DNA from: Bradymonadia bacterium
GTDB taxonomy: Bacteria; Myxococcota_A; Bradymonadia; UBA7976; UBA1532
Length of the DNA: 64,000 nt
Direction of reading: 5' to 3'
NCBI GenBank assembly: GCA_046290225.1
Contig: JBKAGE010000038.1
Coordinates: 1 to 64,000, forward strand
Shown: positions 31,263 to 42,275 of the stretch, in pieces
Numbering within the stretch: position 1 is the stretch's first letter
Layout: every line of letters begins with the position of its first letter
Position numbers and translations under genes: made by a program
The notes under the pieces: generated by a model
Told to the model about the DNA's origin: nothing
Database searches by the model: none
The model's input: the letters and a program-made list of their open reading frames with translations, nothing else

Positions 31263-31874
31263 TCACGCTGCCGGCGCCCATCGGTCGCCGGTCTCACAGT
31301 TCACGTGGTTCAGGGTCAAGCCCGTGGCGGAGAGCCGCATCACCCCGTAGGTGATGGGCAGAGCAAAACGGCGGGGCCCGATGGAGCCAGGATTGAAGAC
31401 CACCACCCTGCCCTCCCGAGTCAGAAAAGGCACATGGCTGTGGCCGCAGATCAAAAGATCAGCCTCGTGCTCGGCAGCGAGCTGGCGGGCCATGGGCAGC
31501 AGCCGCGGGCCGCGCACGGCGATGTGGGTCATCAACAGCTTGAGGCGGCGCGCCCCCTGCACGATCTCCATCGTGACGACGTCGGGCAGATCGCCATGGC
31601 CCCGGGCGTCGATGTTGCCTCGCACTGCGTAGAGCGGCGCGATGGACGCCAGCTCTGCGAGCACCGACAGATCACCGACATCGCCGGCGTGGAAGATCGC
31701 TTGGGGTGCGAGGGCCTCGAGTTGCGCCCTCACTCCAGGGTGAGGCGTGCTGTGGGTGTCGGAGACCACCGCCAGGGTGGCCTCTGGAGGCAGCTCGAGC
31801 GTGTGGTGGACCTGAGTGAGGGGCGGGCCCCCTTTTCGAGGGCCATAGTCGGGGTAGGATCGGCGTCTGGCCAT
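31263..31874 (-). CDS. Metallophosphoesterase (YfcE/MJ0936 family)
   Basis: SDTH, HAGD, VRGNID, GHSHVP, FNPGS motifs. Confidence 0.92.
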   Translation of the reverse strand: MARRRSYPDYGPRKGGPPLTQVHHTLELPPEATLAVVSDTHSTPHPGVRAQLEALAPQAIFHAGDVGDLSVLAELASIAPLYAVRGNIDARGHGDLPDVVTMEIVQGARRLKLLMTHIAVRGPRLLPMARQLAAEHEADLLICGHSHVPFLTREGRVVVFNPGSIGPRRFALPITYGVMRLSATGLTLNHVNCETGDRWAPAA

Positions 31875-31941
31875 GCTCCAACATCACCTGCACAGAAATT
31901 CAGGGGGCCACTGTAGGCCCCGAGCAGGTGAAGGTTCAAGC

Positions 31942-33987
31942 TCAGACCTGAGCGGTGAACTCCCGCACCACACCGAGCAGGCTGTTGTGGAGCCGCTCGA
32001 TGGAGGCGTTGAGGCTCTGGGCCCGGCCCTCCACCTCGCCCACCATCTGGTGTGTGGTGACGACATCACCATCGAGCGCCTGAATCACCTCCGCCGTCTT
32101 GGCGGTGTTCTCGTTGGTCTCCTGAACGTTGCGGGCGATCTCGCCGGTGGCCGCTGACTGCTCCTCCACAGCGGCGGCGATGGCCTGACCCGTGTGGTCG
32201 ATCTCGTCGATGGTGTGGGCCACGTTGGCCATGGCCTCGGACATCTGGGCCGAAGCCGTGAGCATCTGCTTCACCTGACCGGTGATCTTCGCCGCAGAAG
32301 AAGCGGTCTGGTGGGCGAGATTCTTGACCTCGTCGGCCACCACAGCGAAACCCTTGCCCGCTTCGCCGGCCCGGGCAGACTCGATGGTGGCGTTGAGTGC
32401 CAGCAAGTTGGTCTGCTCGGCGATCTCGGTGATGAGATCCACTACGGTGCCCACTTCGCGGGCCTGTTCTGCGAGGCCCTCCGCCACCGAGCGGGTCTCC
32501 CCGGCAAGGGTGTTTGCCGAGTGGGTGATCACCGCAGACTGAGTCACCTGACCACTGATCTCGCCGATGGCGGCGAGCAACTGGTGCGCCGCGGTGGCCA
32601 CAGCCTCGGTGCTCTGCTGAGCGAGCTGCGAGGCGTCGCCAGCGGCATCGGAGCTCGCCTTGACGTGATGGGCGGTCTGCCCCATCTGCTCTGCCACGGT
32701 CAACAGCTTCATCACCTCGTTGTTCACATCGGCCACAGCGGCATCCGCCTGGCGCTCGATGGCGTCGGCGAGAGACATCACCGCAGCCTTGCGGGCTTCC
32801 TTGGCCTGCTCTTCGAGAGCCGCACGCTCGGCGGCGGCCTGGTCGAGGGCTTTCAGACTCATCTTGAAGCTCGATACCGCTCTGGCCATGGCCCCGATCT
32901 CTGCGGCGGCCTCAGTGTCGGTGATCTCGAGCTCGCGCTCCCCTTCGATGAGGGCCGCCATCTGGTACTGAATTCGACCCAGGGGGTTCACCAGGGAGAG
33001 CGCCATGAACCAGCCCACGAAGACCGTCGCCGCCACGACCAGCAGGCTGATGACGAGGGTGCTCCAGAACGCGCTCCATGCGGACTCCTCGAAGCGCGTG
33101 GCCGAACTCTGCACCTCGCTCGCGAGGGCCTGCTCCACCACCCACATCTGATCGATGCGCTTCGTGGCGGCGTCGAACCACTGCGGGCCGGTGATGCCTT
33201 GCAGCGCTCCACCGTGCACACTGCCGATGGCCGTAGAGCGCAAGCGCTCGATCTCGGCATCCTTGAGGGTGCTCTCGTGGAGCGCCAGCAGCTCGGGGCT
33301 GGCGTTCTTGGTGAAGATGTCGAAGTAGGCCTTCTGACCACCGATGAGCGAGATCATGCGGGTGTGCACCTTGGGGGCGAAGGCACCCTTGCCATAGCCG
33401 TTGGCCCCCATGGCCCGCTCGATGCCCGCCCGCTCTTTGAACTCGAGGTAGGCCACATAGGCACCGATGGTGTTCACCAGCTCACCACTCCGTGCAAACT
33501 GACCCATGGTGCTGATGGACTGGATCAGCTCGTGGATGATGGCGGTGTACCGCTTCGCCATGTCGCCCACAGTCCAGCTCATGTTGCTCACCGCAGTCCG
33601 GTGAGCCTCGAGCGCCTTCAGCAGAGTGAGGGATTGCGTCAGACGCTGATGAAAGTGGCTGCCGTAATCCTCTGTATGATGCTGTTCGAGGGCGGTCATG
33701 AGCGTGGAGACCGCCGCATCTGTGGATGTCCGCTGCGCGCTCAGGCGATCTTTGAAGGCTTGCGCCCCCTTGCTGCCGATGAACCCGGCGGAGTTGCCAC
33801 GCTCTTTCTGCAGCTCGTGGATCACAGCGCTCAATGTGGGCGCCAGCTCGGCCAGTGTGGCCATCTGACCTGCATCAGATGCTTTTGACGCGCTGCTGCC
33901 CAGATTGACGGTCGCAAAACCCACGAGGGCCAGTAGCGGTACAAGTGCGATGAGTGCGACGCGACCTTTGATGCCAAGACTCTGCAT
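31942..33987 (-). CDS. Methyl-accepting chemotaxis protein with NIT (nitrate/nitrite) sensor domain and HAMP
   Basis: IHELQKERG and KERAGIERA (NIT), two TMs, [34 protein letters not shown]. Start moved to ATG 33987. Confidence 0.93.
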   Translation of the reverse strand: MQSLGIKGRVALIALVPLLALVGFATVNLGSSASKASDAGQMATLAELAPTLSAVIHELQKERGNSAGFIGSKGAQAFKDRLSAQRTSTDAAVSTLMTALEQHHTEDYGSHFHQRLTQSLTLLKALEAHRTAVSNMSWTVGDMAKRYTAIIHELIQSISTMGQFARSGELVNTIGAYVAYLEFKERAGIERAMGANGYGKGAFAPKVHTRMISLIGGQKAYFDIFTKNASPELLALHESTLKDAEIERLRSTAIGSVHGGALQGITGPQWFDAATKRIDQMWVVEQALASEVQSSATRFEESAWSAFWSTLVISLLVVAATVFVGWFMALSLVNPLGRIQYQMAALIEGERELEITDTEAAAEIGAMARAVSSFKMSLKALDQAAAERAALEEQAKEARKAAVMSLADAIERQADAAVADVNNEVMKLLTVAEQMGQTAHHVKASSDAAGDASQLAQQSTEAVATAAHQLLAAIGEISGQVTQSAVITHSANTLAGETRSVAEGLAEQAREVGTVVDLITEIAEQTNLLALNATIESARAGEAGKGFAVVADEVKNLAHQTASSAAKITGQVKQMLTASAQMSEAMANVAHTIDEIDHTGQAIAAAVEEQSAATGEIARNVQETNENTAKTAEVIQALDGDVVTTHQMVGEVEGRAQSLNASIERLHNSLLGVVREFTAQV

Positions 33988-34228
33988 GGCGACTCCCTGA
34001 AATCGTTGCCTCCCTACGTCGCTCTTCGGAGTACCCATGGGTCTATATGAATGACCCACATTCACCTGACCCAGCCCATTCAGTGGTGGGGTGGGTCGAG
34101 GTATATACAGTCTGTGGCTGTGTTCTCGGAACAGTGTGTGTGCAGGCTCAAACCCTTCGTCTGGCAAACGCACTCAAAAATCAAAATATTGTCAACGGGT
34201 TCACCCACCCTCAACGCACAGACGATGA

Positions 34229-34588
34229 ATGGACCGCATCATGTCATCTGAACGCACGCATATTTTGTTCGTGTGCACCATGAATCAGTGGCGCAGCCCC
34301 ACCGCCGAGCAGCTATGGCGGCGATCCGACATCCTCGCCACCCGCTCGGGAGGTACCAGCCCAAAAGCTCGACACACTGTGAGCGTGCCAGATCTCATAT
34401 GGGCCGACATCGTGCTGGTGATGGAGCGCAAGCATGCGGACCGGCTGAGAGCGAGCCACCCCCGAGCGACGCAGTATACCGACATCCGCATCCTCGGTGT
34501 CGCCGACGAGCACCCCTTCATGCACCCCGATCTGGTCGCCGAGTTGAAGGTCGTCGTGCCCCGAGCGCTGGGCTTTGATCCGGGCTGA
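34229..34588 (+). CDS. Low-molecular-weight phosphotyrosine phosphatase-like protein
   Basis: ILFVCTMNQWRSPTAE (CX5R), WADIVLVME. Confidence 0.88.
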   Translation: MDRIMSSERTHILFVCTMNQWRSPTAEQLWRRSDILATRSGGTSPKARHTVSVPDLIWADIVLVMERKHADRLRASHPRATQYTDIRILGVADEHPFMHPDLVAELKVVVPRALGFDPG

Positions 34589-34711
34589 GCCGAATTGAAC
34601 CGCCTCGACATCTGGTTGATGTGAGCGATCGCTCTTGATCTGCGAACTTGCCGCTCGCCTCGGCATCTTGTACGCCAGAAACCACCAATCACGCTGACCA
34701 GAAAGGGCGCC

Positions 34712-36124
34712 GTGTTCAATCCAACTGTCCGTCTCTCGAAGAGACCAGCGGGTCTGAGGGCGCTGGCCCTCACCGCGCTGTGCCTGCCGGCCATCTTCTC
34801 CACAGCAGGGGCCGAGGGGGCAGCCGCTCCGGCCCTCGAGGTGGAGCACTACACCCTCGACAACGGCATGCAGGTGATGCTCAGCCACGATGATCGCCTG
34901 CCGGTGGTGGCCGTGGAGGTGCGCTACTTCGTCGGCTCTGCCCACGAAGTCAAGGGGCGCACGGGCTTTGCCCACCTGTTCGAGCATCTGATGTTCCAGG
35001 GCTCGCAGAACTTCGACAATGAGTACTTCGCCCCCTTCGAGCCCATCGGGGCACAGATCAACGGCACCACCAGTACCGATCGCACCAACTACTATGTGCG
35101 CCTGCCGAGCAACTACCTCGAGCTGGCCCTGTGGATGGAATCGGACCGCATGGCCAACCTGCTGCCGGCCCTCACCATGGAGAAGCTGAACAACCAGCGC
35201 GACGTGGTGAAGAACGAGCGCCGGCAGAGCTACGAGAACCGGCCGTACGGCATGGTGTGGAAGCTGCTCAAGGAGACGCTGTTCCCCGAGGGGCACCCCT
35301 ACCACCACACCACCATCGGCTCTCATGCTGATCTCACCGCCGCCACCCTCGACGATGTGAAGGCCTTCTTCCGCAAGTACTATGTGCCCACCAACGCGGT
35401 GATCACCATCGTGGGCGACTTCGATCGCGCCCACGCCAAAGCCCTGGTGAAGAAGTACTTCGGCGGACTGGCGAAGGGTGAGCGGGCCCCGACCCCCAAA
35501 GCCGAGCTGCCCACCCTCGAGGGTCCGATCCACCTGCGCACCACCGATCAGGTGAAGCTGCCCCGGGTGTACCTCGCCTGGGTCACCCCGGCCCTCTACG
35601 CCCAGGGCGACGCCGAGATGGACGTACTCGCCAGCGTGCTCAGCGATGGCAAAACGAGCCGTCTCTACAAGCCTCTCGTGTATGAACAGAAGGTGGCCAA
35701 CGACGTGGCAGCCTTCCAGGTCTCGAGCCAGCTGGGCAGCTTCTTCGTGATCCAGGCCACGGCAGCCCCGGGCAAGACCGCCGACGAGGTGGGCGACGCC
35801 CTGCTGAAGGCCGTAGATGCAGCCCTGGCCACGGCGCCGAGTCAGGACGAGTTCGACCGGGCCCTCAACGGCTGGCGCAAGTCGTTCTATGGCCGCGTCG
35901 AGGGCGTGCTCAGTCGCGCTCAGCTGCTGAGCACCTACCTGCACCTCACCGGCAGCCCCGACTACCTGGGCAAGGATCTCGCCCGATACACAGAGTTGAC
36001 CCCCGCCAACCTGCACGCCGCCGCCCAGAAGTGGCTCACCGCCAACCGCCGCCTGCGTCTCGACGTGGTGGTGGGCGAGAAGAGCGAAACCGCCACCCCG
36101 GTGGTGGCCGAGGGGGGGCAGTGA
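34712..36124 (+). CDS. M16 family zinc peptidase, catalytic subunit (exported)
   Basis: GFAHLFEHLMFQGS (HxxEH), NGTTSTDRTNY, VVKNERR, N-terminal signal peptide. Confidence 0.95.
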   Translation: MFNPTVRLSKRPAGLRALALTALCLPAIFSTAGAEGAAAPALEVEHYTLDNGMQVMLSHDDRLPVVAVEVRYFVGSAHEVKGRTGFAHLFEHLMFQGSQNFDNEYFAPFEPIGAQINGTTSTDRTNYYVRLPSNYLELALWMESDRMANLLPALTMEKLNNQRDVVKNERRQSYENRPYGMVWKLLKETLFPEGHPYHHTTIGSHADLTAATLDDVKAFFRKYYVPTNAVITIVGDFDRAHAKALVKKYFGGLAKGERAPTPKAELPTLEGPIHLRTTDQVKLPRVYLAWVTPALYAQGDAEMDVLASVLSDGKTSRLYKPLVYEQKVANDVAAFQVSSQLGSFFVIQATAAPGKTADEVGDALLKAVDAALATAPSQDEFDRALNGWRKSFYGRVEGVLSRAQLLSTYLHLTGSPDYLGKDLARYTELTPANLHAAAQKWLTANRRLRLDVVVGEKSETATPVVAEGGQ

Positions 36125-37692
36125 ACATGACGAGCATGATGTACGTGAAGACCCCTGCGCTCCGCATCGCAGCGCCGCTCTGTGCCGCCCTGCTGACCCT
36201 CGGGGGCTGTGGTGGAGGCAAGGCCACCACCGACACCCCCACCACCTCAACGGCGACCCCTGATCTGGGCCCCATCGATCGCTCGAAGCTGCCTGAGCCT
36301 GCCGCTTCGAAGACCTGGGCGCCGCCGGCGGTGAGCCACTGGACGATGGCCAACGGCATCGAGGTGTATCACCTGCAGCAGAACCAGGCCCCCCTCGTGG
36401 CCCTGGAGCTGATCTTCCCCCGAGGGGCCGCCCTCGATCCGGTGGACAAGGCAGGGCTCACCCACCTCACCGCCGCCATGCTCGACGAGGGGGCCGAGGG
36501 CATGAACGCCTTCGCCATCAGCGAGGCGTTCCAGCGTCTGGCCACCGACTTCAGCATTTCCGTGGGCACCGACGCCACGATGGTGTCGATGGACATGCTC
36601 GCCGACAAGGTCGACGAGTCTCTCGGGCTCATGACCAAGGTCATGCGCACAGCCACCTTCCCCGAGGCGGAGTTCGCCCGGGTGAAGGCTCAGTCGCGCG
36701 CTCAAGCCCTCGCCCAGGAGGCGCAGCCGGGCTGGGGCAACACCGTGGTCATGCGAAAGGTGCTCTTCGGCGAGGGCTACGGCGCCGCGCCGCCCACGGG
36801 TACGCGGGCCTCCCTCGGGGCCATCACCCTCGACGACATCAAGGGCCAGTACGCCAAGGTGTTCCACCCCCAGGGGCTCGCCGTGGTGGCCGTGGGGGCC
36901 ATCGACAAGGCGGCCCTCGAAGCCGCTCTGAAGAACCACTTCACCGACTGGCCCAAGGGTGCTGAGGCCCCAGCCACGACGGTGGAGAGCCGCGAAGTGA
37001 AGCGGGGCATCTACTTCGTCGACTACCCCGGCGCCCCTCAGTCGGCCCTCACGGTGGCTCGCCGCGTCGACGGCTTCGACGCCGCCATCGGGCCCCAGGG
37101 CGACTACTTCCCCGCCATGGTGTTCAACTGGACCCTCGGCGGCGCCTTCACCAGCCGCGTGAACATGAACCTGCGAGAGGACAAGGGCTACACCTACGGC
37201 GCTCGCAGCTACTTCAACCGCTGGTCCAAGGCAGGGTTCTTCATGCTCACCGCCCAGGTGAAGTCGGAGACCACCCGGGCGAGCGTCGACGAGATCTTCA
37301 AGGAGCTCGACGGCATCCACGGGCCCAAGCCGGTCACCGCCGACGAGCAGAAGCAGGCACAAGGCGGCCTGTTGTTGGGCTTCCCCGGCCGCTTCGAGAA
37401 CATGGGCTCCGTCGCCGGGCAGCTGAGCAAGCTGCCCATGCACAGTTTGCCCATGGACTGGTTCACCTCATGGTCAGGTAAGGTAGAAGCTGTGACGTCG
37501 GCGCAGGTCAAGGCCATGGCCGATCGATACACCCAGGCAGGAGATTTCAGCATCTTCATCGCGGGTGATCGCAAGACCGTGGCCCCGACTCTCGAGTCGT
37601 TGAACCTGCCAATCTACTACTACGATGCCCTGGGCAACCCTCTGCCTGCAGAGGAGAAGACCGCTGAGGGCACCGAGAAGACTACGCCTTGA
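36121..37692 (+). CDS. M16 family peptidase, non-catalytic subunit (lipoprotein)
   Basis: Lacks HxxEH (HLTAAM). Has SRVNMNLREDKGYTYG and lipobox LGG-C. GTGA overlap with the upstream gene. Confidence 0.92.
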   Translation: MNMTSMMYVKTPALRIAAPLCAALLTLGGCGGGKATTDTPTTSTATPDLGPIDRSKLPEPAASKTWAPPAVSHWTMANGIEVYHLQQNQAPLVALELIFPRGAALDPVDKAGLTHLTAAMLDEGAEGMNAFAISEAFQRLATDFSISVGTDATMVSMDMLADKVDESLGLMTKVMRTATFPEAEFARVKAQSRAQALAQEAQPGWGNTVVMRKVLFGEGYGAAPPTGTRASLGAITLDDIKGQYAKVFHPQGLAVVAVGAIDKAALEAALKNHFTDWPKGAEAPATTVESREVKRGIYFVDYPGAPQSALTVARRVDGFDAAIGPQGDYFPAMVFNWTLGGAFTSRVNMNLREDKGYTYGARSYFNRWSKAGFFMLTAQVKSETTRASVDEIFKELDGIHGPKPVTADEQKQAQGGLLLGFPGRFENMGSVAGQLSKLPMHSLPMDWFTSWSGKVEAVTSAQVKAMADRYTQAGDFSIFIAGDRKTVAPTLESLNLPIYYYDALGNPLPAEEKTAEGTEKTTP

Positions 37693-39509
37693 GCCGATCT
37701 GCCCCGACACTGCTCTGCCTGGCCTTCGCCTTTGTGTGGGGCTGTGACGGGGACTCTCCCCAGAATCTCGCCGATGCCATCGCTGCCTCGGATGCTCGCC
37801 CGTCGATCGTGGATGGGGCCCTCCTCGATGCCCAGGCCCCCGATCTGGATGCAGGATCTGTGGACGGCACATTGCCCCCAGACTCTGCTCTCTCAGATGC
37901 AACCTCAGGCGACGTTGGCGATCTCGATGCCGGCACCCTCGACGGGCAGTTGAGCGATGGTACAGCCCCCGACGCCGAGCCCCCTGACGTCGATCCCTCT
38001 GACGCCGGGGCCGATCTGCCCGATGTGGAGATGCCCGACGCGCTCTTCGTCAACCCGCGATGCGAGAACCAGTGCGCCCGCGCCGTGGAGTGCGGCCTCG
38101 TGGAAGACGCAGCTCGCTGTGGTGAGCTCTGCACGATCAACCTGCAGTCAGATGATCCGCTCACAGCCCATCGAGCGCGCATCACGGAGGCGTGCATCGA
38201 CGCCACCCCTGCCAATGCCTGTGGCGCCATTCTCGACTGCCTGAGCCCGCCGCCGGCGGCGGCTCCCCTGCCGGATGCCACCTGTGAGGCTTTCTGTGAA
38301 GCGCAGGATGTCTGTGGGACGGGCTTCTCCGGATGTCTGGAGATCTGTCAACAGCGCGTGAGCGGCGGGGGCTATCAGGTCTTTGTGAACTGCGGCACGC
38401 ACTACCTCGGTGGTGGGCGCTGTGACGAATCCAATTATCAGCTCTGCGCCCGCAGCCCCGAAGCCCTCGGCGGAATCGTGGGCCGATGCACCACCCTGTG
38501 CGAACATCTGAGCCTGTGTGAGCACCCTGCAGGTGTCGATGCAGAGGCTTGCCGCGTCGAATGCCAGCGAGCCCTCAACGCCGTCGAAGACCCTCAACAG
38601 AATCTCTGGCGCACACGGATCCCATGCATCGACGCCACACGCTGCCTCGAGCTTGATGCGTGTATGGAAGCCCTCTCCCCAGAGGTACAGTGCCCACGCC
38701 ACTGTGAAGCTGCGGCCGCATGCGATCTCAGAGGGCCGGCACCTCAGGCGGTGCCCGAATGCACCGCTCAGTGTCTGGCATTGCAAGATCGTCCACGGTG
38801 GACCAACTGGAACGTCTGCATGTCTGAAGCCCTCACCGCCGGTGAAGGTGAAGCGCCAGAGCCTGGCTTCTGCGATCCGCTCAGACAATGCGCCGTCGCT
38901 GATCCTCCACCCTGCGGCCTCTACTGCGCCCGCCTCGCCGAATGTGAGCGACGGGGCGCCGGCCCCGAATGCGAGGCGAGCTGTGATACCCGGGCGCTCC
39001 TGGGCCCAGATCTCATGCACCAGCTGATCACCTGTGTCGTCGCCGCCGACGCTTGCGAGGGCACCCCCACGAGCGTTCAAGGCTGCCTGGACTTCCCCCG
39101 TGCGGCCCTGCCCCCTCTGGAAGACTGCCACCGTCGCTGCCGGGCAGAGGTGGTCTGCACAGACCCACCTCAACCCCCAGGAGACGATGCCCGGTGGGCG
39201 GCCTGTCTCGACGCCTGCGCAGAGGGCTTACCCACTGACGCAGCGCTGCAGCTACACGCCGCCTCCGAGTGTCTGTTGGGTGTCTCGGACTTGATGGCTT
39301 GCCCCGACGTGCGAGCGTGCTTGCCTGAGGTCGCCGAGGTGAGCTGCGATGCGTTGTGTATCCAGCTGAATCTGTGTGGGGTCGCGCCGCCCCAGTGCGA
39401 GGCCTGGTGTCAGGGATCACCAGATAGAGCGCTTGCGGCCTGTGTCGCCGAAGCCACCCGCCTCGTTCGGGGCTGTGATGGGGTGGCGGCTTGCCTGCCC
39501 CCTCCATGA
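37689..39509 (+). CDS. Cys-rich repeat lipoprotein (7 repeats of an 8-Cys module)
   Basis: TTGA overlap with the upstream stop, lipobox VWG-C, Asp-rich linker, 7 x Cx3Cx5C...Cx3C...C...C...C. Confidence 0.82.
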   Translation: MSRSAPTLLCLAFAFVWGCDGDSPQNLADAIAASDARPSIVDGALLDAQAPDLDAGSVDGTLPPDSALSDATSGDVGDLDAGTLDGQLSDGTAPDAEPPDVDPSDAGADLPDVEMPDALFVNPRCENQCARAVECGLVEDAARCGELCTINLQSDDPLTAHRARITEACIDATPANACGAILDCLSPPPAAAPLPDATCEAFCEAQDVCGTGFSGCLEICQQRVSGGGYQVFVNCGTHYLGGGRCDESNYQLCARSPEALGGIVGRCTTLCEHLSLCEHPAGVDAEACRVECQRALNAVEDPQQNLWRTRIPCIDATRCLELDACMEALSPEVQCPRHCEAAAACDLRGPAPQAVPECTAQCLALQDRPRWTNWNVCMSEALTAGEGEAPEPGFCDPLRQCAVADPPPCGLYCARLAECERRGAGPECEASCDTRALLGPDLMHQLITCVVAADACEGTPTSVQGCLDFPRAALPPLEDCHRRCRAEVVCTDPPQPPGDDARWAACLDACAEGLPTDAALQLHAASECLLGVSDLMACPDVRACLPEVAEVSCDALCIQLNLCGVAPPQCEAWCQGSPDRALAACVAEATRLVRGCDGVAACLPPP

Positions 39510-39533
39510 AGGCCCATGGGGCCGATCACTCGA

Positions 39534-41507
39534 TCAGCCCGCCACCACCATCAGCCGGGCTACGAGGCGGCTGAAGTTCGCGGGATCGGGCAGCGGGGAG
39601 CCCTCGGCGAGCAGGGCCTGGCCATAGAGCAGCTCGGTGAAGTCAGCGAGCTGCGGATCGTCGGCGTTGGCGTCGTACAGGCGCTGCATGGTGGTCAACA
39701 CGGGGTGCTCGGGGTTCAGCTCGAGGATCCGCTTCACCACGGGGGCTTCCTGGCCCGTGGAGCGGAGAATCCGCTCCATCTGGGGGCTCATGTCGTGCTC
39801 CCCACCCACGAGACACACCGCGGAATCTTTGAGGCGGTTCGAAAGGCGAACCTCTCTCACCTTCTCGTCGAGGGCCTTCTGCAGGAACTCCAGCAACGAG
39901 GCGTGGGTCTTCTGCTTCTCGGAGCGGGCCTCCTCGGCGGCCTTGCGCTCCTCTTCAGTGCCGACCTCTACCTCGCCCTTGCCCACGGACTTCACGGGCT
40001 TGCCGTCGAACTCGGTGAGCTGGCCCACCATGATCTCGTCCACGGGATCGGTGAGGAACAGCACCTCGTAACCCCGAGCCTTGAGGGCCTCGAGGTGGGG
40101 TGAGTTCTCCACCATGGAGCGGCGCTCACCGGTGATGTAGTAGATGGCCTCCTGGTCTTCGGGCATCCGCTCCACGTAGCCGGCGAGATCAGTGACCTCG
40201 GTCTCGTGGCGGGAGCTTTCGAAGAGCAGCAGATCGTCGAGCTTGCCCCGGGCGTCGAAGTCCGTGGCCACGCCCTCCTTGAGGACCTGGCCAAAGCCCT
40301 GCCAGAACTTCTCGTACTTCTCCCGATCGTCTTTCTTGAGGGTCTTGAGCGTGTCGATGGTCTTCTTGACCACACGCTTCCTAATCTGGGCCACCCGGCG
40401 GTCTTCCTGGAGCATCTCCCGGCTGACGTTGAGCGACAGATCAGGAGAGTCGACCACCCCCTTCACGAACCGCATCCACGAGGGCAGCAGATCTTCGCAG
40501 CGCTCCATGATGAGCACGCGGTTCACGTACAGCTGCAGCCCGTACTTGATGTCGCGGTAGTAAAGATCGAAGGGCGGGTTCTCGGGGATGAACAGCAGCG
40601 CGCTGTACTGGAAGGTGCCTTCGGTGCGGATGCTCACCCGCTCCAGAGGCTCGGTCCAGTCGTGGGAGATGTGCTTGTAGAACTCGGTGTACTCTTCGTC
40701 GGTGACGTCGGCGGGGCGGCGGGTCCAGATGGCCTTCATGGAGTTGACCACGGGCCACTCCACCACCGTCTTCACCTCGCCGTCTTCCTTGAGGTTGCCC
40801 TCTTCGTCCCGCTCCCGCTCCTCGCGCTCGGTGCGCAGCTTGATGGGGTAGGTGACGAAGTCGGAGTACTTCTTGATGGTGCGGCGGATGACGTGATCTT
40901 GAGTGAAGTCCTCGAGATCGTTCTCTGGATCAGCCTCGCGCAGGTGCAGGATGATCGTGGTGCCGTGGGCCTCACGGGTGGTGGACTCCACGGTGAAAGC
41001 GCCATCGCCGGCGGAGTGCCAGCGGGTGGCCTCCTCAGTGCCGGCCTTGCGGGTGATCACCGTGACCTCACCGGCCACCATGAAGGCCGAGTAGAAGCCC
41101 ACGCCGAACTGCCCGATGAGGGACTCCATCGTCGCCGCGGCGCCCTCTTGCTCGGCCTTTTGCTGGTCCGAGAGGGCCTCCATGAAGGCCTTGGTGCCCG
41201 AGCGGGCGATGGTGCCGAGGTTCTCGACCACCTCTTCGCGGCTCATGCCGATGCCGTTGTCGGTGATCACCAGAGTACGGGTGCCTGCAGCCTCGTGCAC
41301 CTTGGGCTCGATGTGAATCTCGAGATCACCAGCGTCGATGCTGGTGTCGGTGAGGGCCTCGAACCGCAACCGATCCAAGGCATCGGAGGCGTTGGAGATC
41401 AGCTCTCGCAGGAACACATCTTTGTGGCTGTAGAGCGAATGGATCACCAGATCGAGCAGCTGGCGGGCTTCAGACTTGAATTCGAAGGTCGAGGGCTGGG
41501 CGCTCAC
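39534..41507 (-). CDS. htpG: Chaperone HtpG (Hsp90)
   Basis: HSLYSHKDVFLRELISNASDA, DNGIGM, IGQFGVGFYSAF, LNVSRE. GTG start with RBS gaggagg. Confidence 0.97.
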   Translation of the reverse strand: MSAQPSTFEFKSEARQLLDLVIHSLYSHKDVFLRELISNASDALDRLRFEALTDTSIDAGDLEIHIEPKVHEAAGTRTLVITDNGIGMSREEVVENLGTIARSGTKAFMEALSDQQKAEQEGAAATMESLIGQFGVGFYSAFMVAGEVTVITRKAGTEEATRWHSAGDGAFTVESTTREAHGTTIILHLREADPENDLEDFTQDHVIRRTIKKYSDFVTYPIKLRTEREERERDEEGNLKEDGEVKTVVEWPVVNSMKAIWTRRPADVTDEEYTEFYKHISHDWTEPLERVSIRTEGTFQYSALLFIPENPPFDLYYRDIKYGLQLYVNRVLIMERCEDLLPSWMRFVKGVVDSPDLSLNVSREMLQEDRRVAQIRKRVVKKTIDTLKTLKKDDREKYEKFWQGFGQVLKEGVATDFDARGKLDDLLLFESSRHETEVTDLAGYVERMPEDQEAIYYITGERRSMVENSPHLEALKARGYEVLFLTDPVDEIMVGQLTEFDGKPVKSVGKGEVEVGTEEERKAAEEARSEKQKTHASLLEFLQKALDEKVREVRLSNRLKDSAVCLVGGEHDMSPQMERILRSTGQEAPVVKRILELNPEHPVLTTMQRLYDANADDPQLADFTELLYGQALLAEGSPLPDPANFSRLVARLMVVAG

Positions 41508-41692
41508 GGGAGTCCTCCTCGGGGGATCAGCAGGGTCATCGTTGATTTTGCCCACGCGGTTTTGCATTGCGTGAAACCGCGGGCCATGTCACCCATGAGC
41601 CCTCGGGCGGGCATACCATAAGCCGGGTTGAGAGACCCGCAAGGGGGGGGCACGAGAAGAGTGCTCCATCGTGAACTCAGGAGTCGCCTGCG

Positions 41693-42271
41693 ATGGCCCA
41701 ATTGCCCACAGCCTTCATCCAACCTCACAACGGCCACTGGCCGGAGATTCACCCCACGGCCTTCGTGCACCCGAGGGCCACGATCATCGGCAGAGTGAAG
41801 CTCGGCGCTGGGGTGAACATCTGGCCCTCGGCCACCCTGAGGGCCGACGAAGGCGAGATCGTCATCGGTGAGGGCACCAACATTCAAGATGGCACCTCGG
41901 TGCACATGACCGGTGGCCAGAGCGACACCATCATCGGTGCCCGGTGCACCATCGGTCACAACGTGATCCTCCACGGCTGCCAGGTAGAAGACGAGTGCGT
42001 GATCGGCATGGGGGCGATTCTGCTCGACAATTGCCGCATCGGTACCGGCAGCTTCATCGGCGCCGGCACCTTGATCACCGGGCACAAGGTGATCCCACCG
42101 AACAGCCTCGTGTACGGGAACCCCTTCAAGATCATCCGCCAGACCACCGAAGTGGAGCAGTCGTGGATCAAATACTCCTGGGCCCACTATCAGGAGAACG
42201 CCGAGACCCACCGGGCGGCGCTGCTGGAGATGGCTCAGAAGATGATCGACGCGTCCAACGAGGAGGGGTGA
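41693..42271 (+). CDS. Gamma carbonic anhydrase family protein
   Basis: Hexapeptide repeats with LRAD, NIQDGTSVH, IGHNVILHGC. Confidence 0.93.
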   Translation: MAQLPTAFIQPHNGHWPEIHPTAFVHPRATIIGRVKLGAGVNIWPSATLRADEGEIVIGEGTNIQDGTSVHMTGGQSDTIIGARCTIGHNVILHGCQVEDECVIGMGAILLDNCRIGTGSFIGAGTLITGHKVIPPNSLVYGNPFKIIRQTTEVEQSWIKYSWAHYQENAETHRAALLEMAQKMIDASNEEG

Positions 42272-42275
42272 CGCG

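Noticed and set aside
37689..39509. Cys-rich protein as a multiheme cytochrome or Fe-S protein
   Set aside because: No CxxCH or ferredoxin motifs. Export and an even Cys count per repeat favour disulfides.
41553..41582. Hairpin cgcggttt...aaaccgcg in the htpG leader as a CIRCE element or thermometer
   Set aside because: It does not match CIRCE (TTAGCACTC-N9-GAGTGCTAA) and does not cover the RBS, so there is no support beyond a generic hairpin.
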